Source of the DNA: an archaeon
Lineage (GTDB): Archaea > Iainarchaeota > Iainarchaeia > Iainarchaeales > CSSED10-239
Assembly (NCBI GenBank): GCA_035400625.1
Contig: DAOMZT010000001.1
Span: 60,001 to 92,000 of the forward strand
DNA length: 32,000 nt
Direction of reading: 5' to 3'
The translations under genes were made by a program, and so were the position numbers. The notes beneath the pieces are model-generated. The model was not told where the DNA came from. It saw only the letters and a list, made by a program, of their open reading frames with translations, and did not search any database. Positions 30,840-32,000 of this stretch are shown one piece after another. How positions within the stretch are numbered: the stretch's first letter is position 1; each line of letters begins with the position of its first letter.

Positions 30840-31676
30840 GTGAAAAATATGACAGATAAAATAATAGAAGCACTAAGCCAAATAAAATTCAAAGCAACAA
30901 ACATTTATGAATCCTTTACTTGTCCACTACACCGCACAACCAAAACACAAAGAGTACCAACACTAAAAACATTAAAGGCAAACATTGATGAACTAACCAG
31001 ATTATTAAATGGCCTTTTAGGTTATTCTGCTATACAGTTTAATAAAGAAATAGAGCCAGAAAAAATAAGACTGTTCCAAAACAAGTTTATGGAAATTTCA
31101 GGTAAATTACAACAATCTATTTTCTTAGAAGAACACACAACAATTGTAGAAAACAATCTAGTAAATATCAAAAATGAAATTGCAACACCTGAAAAATATT
31201 TTGGAATCGAACAATCTGTGAAAAACAATATAAATAATTTAATTATCTTTATTGATTATGCAAAGAAACAAATAGATCACAAATATGTTAGCCTAGCAAA
31301 TCAAAAAAAATCAGTAGAAGAATTATTAAAAACACTTGAAAGAAAAGAACAAACAATTCTTGAACTTAATAAAAAGATCGATGAACTTAACTGGATTGAT
31401 GCAAAGGAAAAAGCAAAAGATTCTAGGCTTGCCAATCTAGAAGAAGAATTACTTAAATCCCATAAAGCAAACGAACAGGATCTTACTATTTTAAAATTAC
31501 ATATTATACAAATTGAAAAAGCACTAGATAATATTTTAAGAGAATCAAAATCATTAACTCAAGATATAAATCATCTAGAAGCAAAAAACATGCAAAAAGA
31601 ACAAGCATCATTAGAGCTGATTAAAGAATTAAAAAAAGAATTGATTGCTGCAAAATATAATTTAAGAAATAAGTGA
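30840..31676 (+). CDS. hypothetical coiled-coil protein (the ATG at 30849 is a more likely start than the GTG at 30840)
   Basis: 278 aa with long heptad-like K/E/L-rich stretches in the C-terminal half. Confidence 0.55.
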   Translation: MKNMTDKIIEALSQIKFKATNIYESFTCPLHRTTKTQRVPTLKTLKANIDELTRLLNGLLGYSAIQFNKEIEPEKIRLFQNKFMEISGKLQQSIFLEEHTTIVENNLVNIKNEIATPEKYFGIEQSVKNNINNLIIFIDYAKKQIDHKYVSLANQKKSVEELLKTLERKEQTILELNKKIDELNWIDAKEKAKDSRLANLEEELLKSHKANEQDLTILKLHIIQIEKALDNILRESKSLTQDINHLEAKNMQKEQASLELIKELKKELIAAKYNLRNK

Positions 31677-31682
31677 TAAATA

Positions 31683-32000
31683 ATGTCAGAATTTGACCCT
31701 TTTGGAGGGTATTCACCTCAAGGAAATGAAAAACCAAAATCTAATTTTAAATTGGATAAAAAAACAACGGAATTGATTAAGAAAGTAATTATTTTAATTG
31801 TAGTCCTAGGTGTTGTTGGCGGAATTGTTTATTATTTCTTTTTTAATAACATTACAATTTATTTTTCAGTAATAGATACCGAAGGAAAAAGTTTAAATTC
31901 TGCAGAAATAAAAATCTCAACAGGGAAACAAAATAAATCAGTCATATATTCTCCAGGAGATGACATAAAATTAAATAAAAATAAAAAATACAAATATTCT
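31683..32000 (+). CDS. hypothetical membrane-anchored protein; 3' end runs off the window
   Basis: Absent from the ORF track. My translation is MSEFDPFGGYSPQGNEKPKSNFKLDKKTTELIKKVIILIVVLGVVGGIVYYFFFNNITIYFSVIDTEGKSL... There are 106 codons without a stop and one TM segment. It starts 6 nt after the previous stop. Confidence 0.5.
   Translation, partial: MSEFDPFGGYSPQGNEKPKSNFKLDKKTTELIKKVIILIVVLGVVGGIVYYFFFNNITIYFSVIDTEGKSLNSAEIKISTGKQNKSVIYSPGDDIKLNKNKKYKYS

Noticed and set aside
20707-31228. Remaining short overlapping ORFs: 20707-20910, 21501-21725, 22315-22629, 23146-23331, 23347-23562, 24705-24980, 25344-25661, 26772-27044, 28838-29143, 29431-29649, 30069-30314, 31022-31228
   Set aside because: Each is nested in, or antisense to, a longer ORF with recognisable family motifs or better coding character. 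I treat them as frame shadows.
1-32000. CRISPR arrays, rRNA genes, IS elements/transposases, and an alternative genetic code
   Set aside because: I found no regularly spaced direct repeats and no rRNA-like GC-rich blocks. No transposase or integrase motifs appear in any ORF. All recognisable genes read through with the standard code and normal lengths.

Overview
AT-rich (by eye about one third G+C or less), very gene-dense archaeal chromosome segment. The informational genes are TFB, Alba, ribosomal proteins L44e, L15e and L35Ae, Nop5-fibrillarin, archaeal/eukaryal-type GlyRS, RNase HII and a tRNA with a bulge-helix-bulge intron. Together with spacers of 0-30 nt, overlapping stop/start codons and many small lineage-specific ORFans, they suggest a reduced-genome (DPANN-like) archaeon. 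Taxonomy cannot be proven from this window. I call about 42 CDS (two truncated by the window edges and absent from the ORF track), 4 tRNAs (Trp-CCA with a 95-nt intron, Val-GAC, Thr-CGU, Leu-UAG), one full-length intein, and a few repeats and terminator-like hairpins. No CRISPR array, transposase or integrase is visible. The items most worth follow-up are: (1) a 486-aa family B DNA polymerase homologue that lacks the exonuclease domain and most of the thumb and has lost the motif C aspartates; (2) a pair of HerA/FtsK-type ATPase paralogues, one with its Walker A split by a LAGLIDADG intein and one with Walker A, Walker B and the ATQRP motif all replaced; (3) the largest intergenic region (5350-5673), which carries GC-rich boxes repeated in inverted orientation, with another copy 5 kb away; (4) the tRNA-Trp intron, with a textbook BHB and a weak guide-like element aimed at position 39; (5) a Nop5 without its N-terminal fibrillarin-binding domain; and (6) five ORFans with K/R/P-rich N-terminal tails. 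All homology statements come from reading motifs by eye and were not checked by any search.
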